Assembly (NCBI GenBank): GCA_000004695.1
Contig: CM000150.2
Span: forward strand, 4,859,597-4,923,596
Length of the DNA: 64,000 nt
Direction of reading: 5' to 3'
Source of the DNA: Dictyostelium discoideum
Taxonomy: Eukaryota
The notes under the pieces are model-generated. The model saw nothing but the letters and a program-made list of their open reading frames with translations, did not search any database and was not told the origin of the DNA. Both the position numbers and the translations under genes were made by a program. This document shows, in pieces, positions 35,445 to 56,482 of the stretch. Positions within the stretch are counted from its first letter, which is position 1. Each line of letters begins with the position of its first letter.

Positions 35445-35708
35445 TTCTGTTTTTGCTTCTGTTGCAACACGTTTTTTTTTTTTTTTTTTTGGAAATGATA
35501 AATGTCACAAAATTTTTTATTTTTTTTTTTTTTTTAATTTTTTTTATTTTTTTTTATTTTTTTATTTTTAATTCCCTTTTTTTTAATTACAAATTTAAAT
35601 TATATTAAAATTATCACTATTGGCTATGAATTTTAAAGAATAAATAATAATAATAATTATATATATTAAATAATTTTTTTATTTTTCATTCAATAACTAT
35701 TTTATAAA

Positions 35709-38334
<2,626 letters not shown>

Positions 38335-38443
38335 ATTATATACAATTATTTTTTTTTATATTTTTTTTTTTTTATTTTTAGTTTTTTTCTGCCCAACTAA
38401 AATTTTTTTTTTTTTTTCATTTTTTGTATTTTTAACTAAAGAT

Positions 38444-40291
<1,848 letters not shown>

Positions 40292-40329
40292 ATTTTTTAT
40301 TATTTTTTTTTATTTACAAAATACTTTAT

Positions 40330-43415
<3,086 letters not shown>

Positions 43416-43502
43416 TCTTTTTGAATAATTATTTTATTTTTATTATTTTTTTTTTTTTATTTTGAAAATATAAATTAAAAAAAAAAAAAAAATTGGAAAG
43501 TG

Positions 43503-43553
<51 letters not shown>

Positions 43554-43645
43554 CGTGTTTTTGGTAAAAATAGTTTTTTTTTTTTTACTTTTTTTTTTTT
43601 AGGTTTTAAAATATAAAAACTAGTTAATAAAAAAAAAAAAAAAAA

Positions 43646-45225
<1,580 letters not shown>

Positions 45226-45326
45226 AAAAAAAAAAACAAATAAATAATTAAATAAATAATAAAAAAGAAAAATTGATTGGATCAATTTTTGTATTTTTTT
45301 AAAAAAAAAAAAAAGTAAATAATTTA

Positions 45327-46481
<1,155 letters not shown>

Positions 46482-46616
46482 TTAAAAAATTTCAAAAAAA
46501 AATAAATCTTTTTTTATTTTTTTTTATTTTTTTTTTTTTTCTAAAAATATCTATTTATTATTTTTTTTATTTTTTTTTTTTTTATTTTATTTTATTTTTT
46601 TTATTTTTTTTTAAAC

Positions 46617-49225
46617 ATGGAACAACATAATATAAATATTATAAAAGAAAAAGGGGATGTTGGTGATATTTATTTTAAAATTAGTAACAATTTAATAATT
46701 GTAAAGGAGATAGTATCAAATTTAGATGTATTAGATTTAGTTGGTATTCAATATGTTTGTAAACAATGGAATTCAATTGCAACGTCCAATGTAATTTGGT
46801 TAGAGGCAATATGTAAACATCTACTTACAGTTTATTGTTTAATGTACTCTGTAGAGGATGGCCATTTATATTCCTCTCAATATTCAAAAATTGAATCGAT
46901 AATAATAAAAAATAATTGTAATAATATCAACAACAACGGCAACAACTATTGTAATTTGGTTAAAAAGTATCAACAAATAGATAGTGTTGAAAATTTTAAA
47001 AAAGTTTTTGGATGCGACTTTTCAACAAATAGAGTTCAAATTTCAAAGGTATTAACTAAAACATCACCACTTTTACCACAAAACCATTATAAAACTGTAT
47101 TTATGAAATTATTTTATCAATATTACCAAGCAATAGTTTTGGTTGATAAACATAGAGAATTTTTCAAACAAAAAATATTTTGTTCAAGTTTTGATATCAT
47201 TTTTCCAAATATTTTTATCTTACCAAATTCAAACTTTTTAAATAATAATTCGACATTTATAACAAATTCAATAAATTCAACAAGTTTAACAAATTCAACA
47301 AATTTAACAAATTCAACAAATTCAACAAATTCAACAAATTCAACAAATAATTTAAATACGAATACAGGCTTTTATAATACATTAGATGATTTAACAAGAA
47401 TATCATCACCTGTATACTCTCAATTTAGTTTATATAAAACAAATTTTAAACAAAGAGAGTTATATTTTAAATCTAATGGAAAGAATAAAAATAAAAAAAC
47501 AACTTTATTTTTTTTACTTTTAAATAATAAAAAAAATCAATTGCAAGATAATCAAAATTTTAATAGTTATTCAGTTTCAACAGAGTTTATATTATTTGAT
47601 CCATTTGATAATGAAAGTAATGAAAGTAATGAAATTAACAATAACAATAACAATAACAATAACAATAACAATAACAATAACAATAACAATAACAATAACA
47701 ATAACAATAACAATAACAATAACAATAACAATGACAATAGCAATAACAATAACAATAACAATAACAATAACAACAACAATAAAAATAATTATTGTGATGG
47801 AGATGATAAAATTAAATCGATATCATCATTAAAATCTGTCCAATTCAAAGTTGAAATTTTCGTTAACTATAAATTATCAAATCGTTCGATCACTGAAATT
47901 TCTTCAAATTGTAAATTTAAATTAAATGATTATAGTAATTTAAACTTTATAGATTTTAATTGTAATGAAGATAATGATAATCAAAATAATATTCAAAATA
48001 ATACTCAAAATAATACTCAAAATAATACTCAAAATAATAAAAATAATAAAAATAATCAAAATAATCAAAACAATTGGATTGAATTATATAAATTTAATGT
48101 AAATTTAAAAGAAAATAATGGTAAAGATGGTGTATTTATAGGTGGTTTTAGTAATAATGATAATAATTTTAAAAAGAATGAAAACAAATCCAGCAACAAT
48201 TATATGATTTCTCAATATGAATCACCTGGAGAGTTTTCATCGATTCACTTTCCAGTCAATTCATTTAAAACAAAACAAATCGGTAAGTTTCTAAGGGTTA
48301 AAGGTTCAGAAATTATTAATACAATAAGTGCAGTTTTAGAGCACCGAAAGTTTGAAATTCCTCAACCAAAGAAAGCTTTGTTATTAAATTATCAATTGAC
48401 TTTAGATTTATTTATTTCTGAATTTTATACAAATAAATTACTATTTGGTGATCATAAAAATTTTGTATGTATTTTTTTTTTTAAAAAATAATAATAAATA
48501 GTAATAAATATTAATAAATAATAATAAATAAAAATTATAATTTTATTAATAGTGTTTATTTATTTATTTATTTATTAAAGCCAGGAATTTTTAATTTTGA
48601 TCATTTAAATTGTATTGGATTTTCATTATTAAAATTAATATATATTAATGATGAAATTATTTTATGTAATGGATATAATGTTGTAGATGGAGGACAAATT
48701 AAAAAGGAGATGACAATTGATATATTGGGCGATCTTTATTTCATATGTTCCGATATTAAGAAATCAAATAATGGAACATTTTATGAACTATCACTAACTG
48801 TATCTGATTTTAAATTCATTGATAAACCAATTGAAATTAATACAAGTGTTATAGCCAATAGTAGTGGTAATAGTAGTGGATGTGGTAATGGTGATGCAAG
48901 TAATTGTGGATTATTATTTTCTGTCTCTTTTATTGAAAATTCAATTTTAAAACTTTTAAATCTTAAACACCTAATAACAATTGCATGCGATGATAAATTA
49001 AAAAAGTCAAAAACATTGGTTTCAACTTTACAACTATTATTATTCATTTGGAGGTTAAATCAATTCATTAATGTTGTTTTAGTTGATAATGATAAATTTA
49101 AATTTATTTTTGCAAATCAACAAACTGATCATTCTTTCACCAAAAAATTTAAAAAAAGGTTAAATTCTCCTGTTTTACCAAAAAATAATGAAAATCATAA
49201 TAGATCTAATAAAAAATTAAAATAA
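46617..49225 (+). CDS. F-box-like domain protein with very long N/S/T low-complexity repeats, 2 exons
   Basis: Exon 46617..48464 and exon 48581..49225 are joined by GTATGT...TTAAAG in phase 0. The N-terminal LIIVKEIVSNLDVLDLVGIQYVCKQWNSIATSNVIWLEAICKHLL looks like an F-box. Internal repeats are (AACAAT)n 47641..47780 and (TTCAACAAA)n 47270..47345. Confidence 0.6.
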
Positions 49226-49289
49226 TCAATAGATAAATATTTTCAACTTTTAATATCTTAAATAAAATAAAAAAAAAAAAACTATTATT

Positions 49290-49336
<47 letters not shown>

Positions 49337-49878
49337 GGAGATTTTGTTTTTTTTATTTTTATTTTATTTTTTTTTATTTTTTTATTTTTTAAATTCAAAT
49401 CGGTAATCACTTGAAAAACTACCACCAACAACATCAGTATTAAAATCCACAAATAATGACAACAATCCAATTTTAATAAACCAAAACCAAATTCTACACC
49501 ACCACGTCATTGGGATTGTAGTAATGGAGCTATTCCATTTCACTCTGTACTTTGCTTATACCACCACCAGTAGGCAGTAGTTCCCTCAATTGGTACACAT
49601 AATTGTAGTTCAACTATGAAACCTCATTATTAAATTTTTTTTATTAAAAATGGTTATAACAAAAATAAATTATTTAAACAATTAAGGTGGTTAATAAATT
49701 TAAATCCGATTAGCTAAAAAAATAAAAAAATAAAAAAAATAAAAAAATAAAAAATTTTAAAATAATTCAAACAACCACCAAGGTTTTTTTTTTTATTATT
49801 ATAATCAATATAAAAATAATTACAGATAGCATTCATTTATATTATTATTATATTATTATCATCATATCTTATTAATAG

Positions 49879-49911
<33 letters not shown>

Positions 49912-49914
<3 letters not shown>

Positions 49915-50367
49915 AAACATAGCAAAAATCAAATAGTTTATATAACATTTTTTATTATAATACTTATTGTTGTTAAACCAATAGAATCAGTAGAATGGAA
50001 TGATTGTAGTGATCCAAATGATTCATTTAAAATTGAAAAATTAGAATTTTCACCAGAACAACCAATTGCAGGACAGGATTTAATAATTTCAATATCAGGA
50101 TATTTAAATAAAGAAATTACAAATGGCGAAGCATATTTATCAATTACATTTGATAGAATACCAATTATAAAATTAAAAGGTAATTTATGTAATGGTATGG
50201 GTGTTACTTGTCCAATTCAACAAGGTAATTATTCAACAACAACTATTAATCAAGAAATACCTGAAAATGCTCCACAAGGTTATTACTATGTTAATTTTGT
50301 ATTATATGATCAAGATGATTTGCAAATCACTTGTATTGATGTCCAAATGAATATTACACAATCATAA
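49912..50367 (+). CDS. Secreted ML-domain (MD-2-related lipid-recognition, NPC2-like) protein, 151 aa
   Basis: Signal peptide MKHSKNQIVYITFFIIILIVVKPIES, then a fold of about 125 aa with spaced Cys pairs (WNDCSD...GNLCNGMGVTCP...ITCIDV) typical of the ML/NPC2 family. Confidence 0.65.
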
Positions 50368-51328
50368 AAAACAAAATTAATAATCCATAATATTTTTTAA
50401 CCTTACAATTAGTATATATATTATTATCTGTTTAAATAAATAATTTTTTTTAACCTTACAATAGAATATAAATAGTATTTTTTTTTTTTTCTTTTTTTTT
50501 TTAATGATTGTAATTGATGGAAAATAAAAAAATAAAAAAAGGTTGTTTTACAATAAATACTTTAACATATGTTTTAAAAAAGAAAATAAAAAAAATAATT
50601 ATCAAAATTAAAATTTTTTTTTTTTTTTCTTTTCAATGGAACTATCAGTGGATAATTGAATTAATTCTGAATAAATAAAGTTATTTTGGAAAAGATCGAG
50701 TTATCCCGGAATAAATTCAGTTATTTCGAAAAAAGTTTATTTTCTTTTGAAAAATTTTTCACTTTTGGTATGTTTTTTTTTTTTTTTTTTTAATAAAACA
50801 CATTATTTAAAACAAAAATTTTAAATAATATTAAACAATATTTGTTAAGACCTATAGTAGAATTTGGTTGTATTTATGGAGAAATAAAGAAAATATAAAA
50901 AAAAATGAACTTCGAAAAAAAAAAGGAACATCAAAAAAAAAAAACTACATATAAAAAATAAATCCTTTATTTGAACCCCGGTATTTTTGTTTTTTTTGTC
51001 AATCATACTATTAATTTTATTTATTTATTTATTATATTTTTTATTTTAATTGTGAATAAATGAAAAAAATTAAAAAAAAAAAAAATAATATGGCCAATGA
51101 AAAATTTTTCGCCAAAAGAAAACTGTAATTAAAAAAAAAAAAAAAAAAAAAAAAATAAATTAATTATTTTGTAAATTTTGATTATATTAATTTATACACA
51201 CAATTTCATTACCAAAAAATACTTGGCTATCGGAAATATAAACTTTAAGATTGTGGTTTTTTTCACCATTTGAATAAATGGCTAAACTGTCAGCTACTTT
51301 TGTTCTTGTGTTACTATCCTTATTACTT

Positions 51329-51700
51329 CACAGCAAAGAAAAATGCACCTTTAAAGCCAATTTCAAGCAAATACAATTTAAATTTGCTTTAAATTGGCTT
51401 TAAATTTGCTTTTTAAAAAGGTAATTTTAAAGATATTTTTAAGGTCATTTAAAATTACATTAAAAATGACCTTTTAAATTTATTATAAAGCGGTTTTTAA
51501 ATAATGTTTTAATCACTTTATAATAAATTTAAAAAAGTTATTTTTAATGTAATTTAAAATTACTTATCAATCCTTTTTTAAGCTTTTATTAATTATATTT
51601 TTTAAAATACATTTTAAATGCATTTTAAATACATTTCAAATCAATTTTTACACTATTTATTTCAAATTTATTAAAAAAAAAAAAAAAAAATAAGAAAATA
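51329..51700 (+). repeat. CACTA/EnSpm-like transposon terminus, copy A: TIR CACAGCAAAGAAAAATGCACCTTTAAAGC followed by degenerate TTTAAA-rich subterminal repeats of about 10 bp
   Basis: The same 30-bp terminus recurs at 53270 (same orientation) and inverted at 53875..53904. The subterminal block is made of tttaaa(g/t)g..-type repeats. Confidence 0.55.
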
Positions 51701-52360
51701 AAAAAAAAAAAAAAAATTAAGAAAATTATAAAAAAAAAAATTAAAAAGATAACCAAATTAATTTTAATTCTTTATTTATTTGTTTCAGTGGCAATTGAAT
51801 TCTATTATTATTATTTTTATTAATTAATAATAAATAAGTGTTTCAGTTGCCTTGGGTTTTATATTATTTTATTTTAAATTTTACTTCTCATTTCAAAAAG
51901 CGAAAAATATCAAAAAAAAAAAAAAAAAAAAATTTAATTATTTGTTTTGCATATTTATATTATAAGTATAAACATACATATAAAAAAAGATTTTTTATTT
52001 TTTATTTTTTATAATTAATAAACAATTAACGAGTGCACAGGTATATTATTGCATTAGTGTAGTTTTACAATAAATTGGGCAGATTTTATAGTTTTTTTTT
52101 TTAATATTTTAAAAAGAAAAAGGTATAGACAGGGTCATAGGTTCCCCGTCATTTTTTGAAAATGGGGTATATCCCTCTAAATATAAAATTCTAAGTACTA
52201 AATCATATATCTACTTGCTATAATGCTAAAATTTGAATAAAATGAAAAAAAAAAAAAAAAAAAAAAACGTAAAAACTCGAGGAAAAAAAAAAAAAAAAAA
52301 TATTATTTTTAATTTCCAGCCAGCAAACAAAATGAATTTAAATAACATATCATGCATTAA

Positions 52361-53269
52361 TTGCAGAGAAAAATTAAAGAATTTAAAAATATTATTATTC
52401 ATTATATTATGCATAAAAATATATGTCCATTTTGTCTTGCATATTACCGTTCTTATAAACAATTTTATGATGTAAATGGACATTCCAACACCAAAAAATG
52501 TAAAAATGAACAAAATAAAATTATTACAAATAATCAAAAAAGAGATAGCTTTTATAAAAAATTAATGGATATTACTGGTGAAAAAATAAAATATCCAACA
52601 AATGATCCAGATGACCCATGTAAACATTTATGTAACCAAAACCAAGATGAAATTTTTTATCAAGAAAATAATGAAAATAATGAAAATAATCAAACAATTG
52701 ATAATGAAGAAAATCATGATATAATTGGGTTGGTACATAGTGAGGATGAAAACAATGAAATTAGAATAGATGAAAATGAAGCAAACATTAATAATGAAAA
52801 TAATGAAAATAATGAAAATGAAAATGCTCAAAACGAACCAATAAATAATAATCTAAATAATAATTTAGATAATGAAAAATCAAAAAAAAAATTAAATGAA
52901 ACTGAAATTGAATTTTTAATGTTGGGAATTGAAAACTCAATAAGTTTAAAGCTACTTGAAAAATTTAAAAGTTTTATTGACAAAAATAAAACCAATTTAA
53001 ATCAAATAAGATACACACCTCAATATATGGATAAATTATTTATGGAAGATTTTCAAATAAAAGGAGAAACATTTATAAATAAAAATTATGATCACTCAAT
53101 TTTTTATTTTGAAATTAAAAAAGTATTAGAAACTTTATTAAATAAAAAGCAATTTTTTGAAAGAATAGATTTTGATACAGATTTTGAAACTGGAATTTAT
53201 ACAAATTATAAAAGTGGTCAACAATTTAAAGATTTAAAAAATAAAAATAAAAATAAAATTGTTTTACTT
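52361..53269 (+). pseudogene. Transposon-associated ORF (Cys-rich N-terminus, N/E-rich middle) truncated by the TIR-bounded insertion at 53270
   Basis: ORF ...ISCINCREKLKN / CPFCLAYYRSYKQFYDVNGHSNTKKC...; a frameshift links it to the 52233 ORF. Its reading frame runs straight into the TIR CACAGC at 53270, where the last residues are encoded by TIR sequence. Confidence 0.4.
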
Positions 53270-53904
53270 CACAGCAAAGAAAAATGCACCTTTAAAGCAA
53301 ATTTAAAGAAAAGTTGATTTAAATTGGATTTAAATTGAATTTAAAGCCGCGTTTAAAAAATTCATTTTTAAGGTAATTTTTAAGGTAATTTTTAAGATAT
53401 TTAAAAATGCCTTTAAAATTTGCTTTAAAATAAATTTTTAAGCAATTTTAAAGGTGATTTTAAAGGTGATTTTAAAGGTGATTTTTAAGGTAATTTTTAA
53501 GATAATTTTTAAGATATTTAAAAATACCTTTAAAATTTATTTTAAATTAATTTTAAATAGGATTTAAAGTAGATTTAAAGTAGATTTAAAGTGAATTTAA
53601 ATTTCCTTTAAACATAAATTTAAGGTTTTTAAAAAAAAAGATCTAATTTTAGAACAAAAAAATGGGGATAAAATATTCTATCATTTTTAAATTTTCATCA
53701 AAGCAATCAAATGGTGTAATGGTTGATGAGACTACCCTTTGATAGAGGGTCGGGGGATCGAATCCCTTTTGGTAATTTTTGAAAAATTAAAAAAAAAAAA
53801 TTTTAAAAATTTATCCGTTAAATAACGGCTTCGAACTCAGGGACTTTAAAGCAAATTTAAATTTAATTTAAAGCGAATTTAAAGGTGGTTTTTTCTTCGC
53901 TGTG
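53270..53904. mobile_element. 635-bp non-autonomous (MITE-like) element bounded by about 30-bp imperfect terminal inverted repeats (CACAGCAAAGAAAAATGCACCTTTAAAG ... CTTTAAAGGTGGTTTTTTCTTCGCTGTG), carrying subterminal TTTAAA repeats and a tRNA-like gene
   Basis: Left and right termini are reverse complements (24 of 28 positions). The interior is (ggtgattttaaa)3, (gtagatttaaa)3 and similar. It lies between two transposase-like ORFs. Confidence 0.55.
53703..53776 (+). tRNA. tRNA-like gene or pseudogene (candidate anticodon GAU, Ile-like) with an imperfect cloverleaf and a downstream extra-B-box-like motif
   Basis: D-loop AATGGTT with GG; anticodon arm ACCCT-TTGATAG-AGGGT (5-bp stem, U33, GAU, A37); T-arm/B-box GGGGGATCGAATCCC. 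A second B-box-like GGCTTCGAACTC lies about 55 bp downstream (53830), as is typical of dictyostelid tRNA genes with ex-B boxes. However, the variable region is only 1 nt, and the D stem (GTGT/AGAC) and acceptor stem (AATCAAA/TTTGGTA) have mismatches, so it may be degenerate. Confidence 0.35.
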
Positions 53905-53909
53905 TTAGA

Positions 53910-54722
53910 ATATTCACTGATAGTATGCAGTGTCAAAACAAGAAAGATTATACTATAATGCTGGATATAGAAAATTATATTGGAAATGAATTTAAAAATA
54001 ATAAATTATTATTATTTGTAGTACCAAATGATTGGTTACTTAATTTTCATCAAACAATTAGGGCATTGTTTTCATCTTTTATTGGTAATGGGTTTAATTT
54101 AATTATTGAAAATGAACAAATAGATGTTGTACCGTTTGGACTGACAATGGATATTCCAGAATTTAGAGCATCGTGTAAACTTAATGGACATAATTCAAAT
54201 GAATATGCATGTCACACATGTGACAAACCAAGAGATGGTTTATTTATTTGCAAATCAGGTACATTAAGAAAACAAGAAGATATTACAAATTTTCACTCCA
54301 CCAAACCAAATTATGCTGAACTAAATGCTGATATAGAATTAAAAAAAGTATGGGAAAAAAAAGCAAAAGATATTGGTATCAAAGGTGTGGACAGAGGGTG
54401 GGTCGAACCTTTGTCCATTAATTATTTAAAAACACAACCAGACATTTTACATAATATTTTATTAGGTGTCGCACAAAGATGTTTAAATTACATTTTTGAT
54501 AAATATAAAAATAAAATTGCAAATTTTTTAAATAATTTAAAAAATGCAAAAATAATAGATAACAAACCAAAACCATCAATTTCACTATTTGCAAATAAAA
54601 CAAGGAAAGGAAGAGAGAATAGATCAATATTATATTACTTTTTAATATCAATTAAAAATCAAATATCAAATGATGATTTTTTAATTATGGAACAATTAGT
54701 AACTATATGTTTTAAATTTTAA
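53910..54722 (+). pseudogene. EnSpm/CACTA TNP2-like transposase fragment
   Basis: ...FRASCKLNGHNSNEYACHTCDKPRDGLF... and KGVDRGWVEPLSINYLKTQPDILHNILLGVAQRCLNYIF resemble the plant/fungal tnp2 transposase core (D[VI]MH[IV]EKN...). The ORF has no ATG until 53925 and begins in frame immediately outside the right TIR at 53904. Confidence 0.45.
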
Positions 54723-54929
54723 TTATAATAGTAAATATTGGTAGAAGGGCTCATTTTAACCTATATTTAATATTGGAAGAAGTATTAAATAGTTTATTAC
54801 TTTAATTTTTTTCACAAATTTTTAAATTTTTTTTCCAAAATTTTTTTTTTTTTTCCCATATAAAATAATTAGTTTTTACTTTTCTATTTATTTTTTTATT
54901 TTAAATAAAATTTTGATTACGTTAATACA

Positions 54930-55530
54930 AAATGTGTAAAACAGGCCAGATTTAAATAATTATAAAGTTAAATTTGTTGAAAATGTAATTTCTCCATTTA
55001 AATAAATAGTTTTTCAAAATATGATTTTTTTAAAATTTTCCATATTAAAAGATTTTTTTTTAAAAATAGTTTTTTTTTTCATTTTAAATTCAAATGTTTT
55101 GAAACTGGCTTAGATAACACAAAACAGGCCAGATTTTAGTTTAGTGAAATTTGGATTATTAAAAATTAAAATTTAAATACAAATTCTATAATTTACTGAA
55201 AAATGATTTTTTCCATTTTTTTTCAAAATTTTTTTTTTACATATAAATATTTACTTTTTTAAATTTAGCTTATTTTTTTATTTTACTTTAAATTTTACTT
55301 TAAATATGTAAAAGTGTGTAAAACAGGCCAGATTATAGTTTTGTAAACTTTAAATTTATTTAAATTAAAGTTAAAATAACAAATAGTATAATTTACTGAA
55401 AAATGATTTAAAAAATTTTTATTTTACTTATAAAAATTTACTTTTTTAAAATTATTTTAAATTCATATTTTACTTTAAATTCAACTTTAAATATGTCAAA
55501 CTATGTAAAAGAGGCCAGATGATCGATTTT
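54930..55530. repeat. Four tandem repeats of about 190 bp, each containing AAAACAGGCCAGAT (units start at about 54931, 55121, 55311 and 55497)
   Basis: Direct comparison of the four units; typical of transposon subterminal tandem arrays. Confidence 0.75.
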
Positions 55531-56246
55531 TAGTTTCTTAATTATTTTAAATTGAATTTAAGAAATTAAATAGTGTGATTTTGTAAAATATGTTTTTTAT
55601 ATATATATATTTTTTTTCCCTATACAAAACTATATAAAATAAAACTCTGTTATTTTTTTTATATTATTTTAAATTCCATATAAACAATGTTATATGTCCC
55701 ATGCCAAAATTACCATATTAATTTCAGCAGCCATATTAATTTTGGCATGGGACTTAGGTCTGCCAAAATTACCTTATTAATTTCAGCAGCCATATTAATT
55801 TCAGCATGTACATAGCTGCCAAAATTAATATGGTAATTTTGGCATAGAAAAAAAAAAAGTCAAAGTCATTTAATTAATAATCATCTCAAATATAAACAAA
55901 ATTTTAGTACTAAAATTAATATTATTATTATTTTTATTTTAATAATTATAATAATAAAAAAAAAAAAAAAAATTTTCATATTATTTTATTTATATCTTTT
56001 ATTTATTTTTATCTTTTTATTTTTATTATTAATTTTATAATTTATTTTCATTTCTTTTTTTTTTAGTTGATATATATTTTTTTATTATTCATTTATTTCT
56101 AAGGCTAACAAAAAAAAAAAATTAAAAATAAAAAAAAAAAATAAAATAAAAAAAAAAAAAAAAAAATTAAAATAATTTTTTTTTTTTAATTTTTTTTTTT
56201 TAATTATCTACTCTTCTACTTACTCTTTTGTTACTAACAGATGAAG

Positions 56247-56449
56247 TGTTGTAGGGAATTTTCCATAAAATTTCACTACAGTAGCGTAGTGAATTTTATT
56301 ATTTAATTTCACTACAGTAGCGTAGTGAAAAAAAAAAATCACTGACCTTAAATTTTTTTTTTTTTCAAAAAACAAATAAAGTTTATTAAATTGAAATTTT
56401 ATTTTTTGTTTTAATTATTATTTTATTTATTTTTATTATAATTATTGTT

Positions 56450-56482
<33 letters not shown>

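Noticed and set aside
52233-52475. 80-aa ORF MNKMKKKKKKKNVKTRGKKKKK... upstream of the transposon ORF
   Set aside because: It starts in a poly-A tract. Only its 3' part (ISCINCREKLKN) may belong, via a frameshift, to the 52361 ORF, so it is treated as part of that pseudogene.
53690-53790. Alternative reading of the tRNA-like region as an initiator tRNA (the A54/A60-like T-loop GATCGAAT)
   Set aside because: The anticodon loop cannot be read as CAU, and the acceptor stem does not support an A1:U72 pair, so no specific isotype beyond a GAU candidate is claimed.
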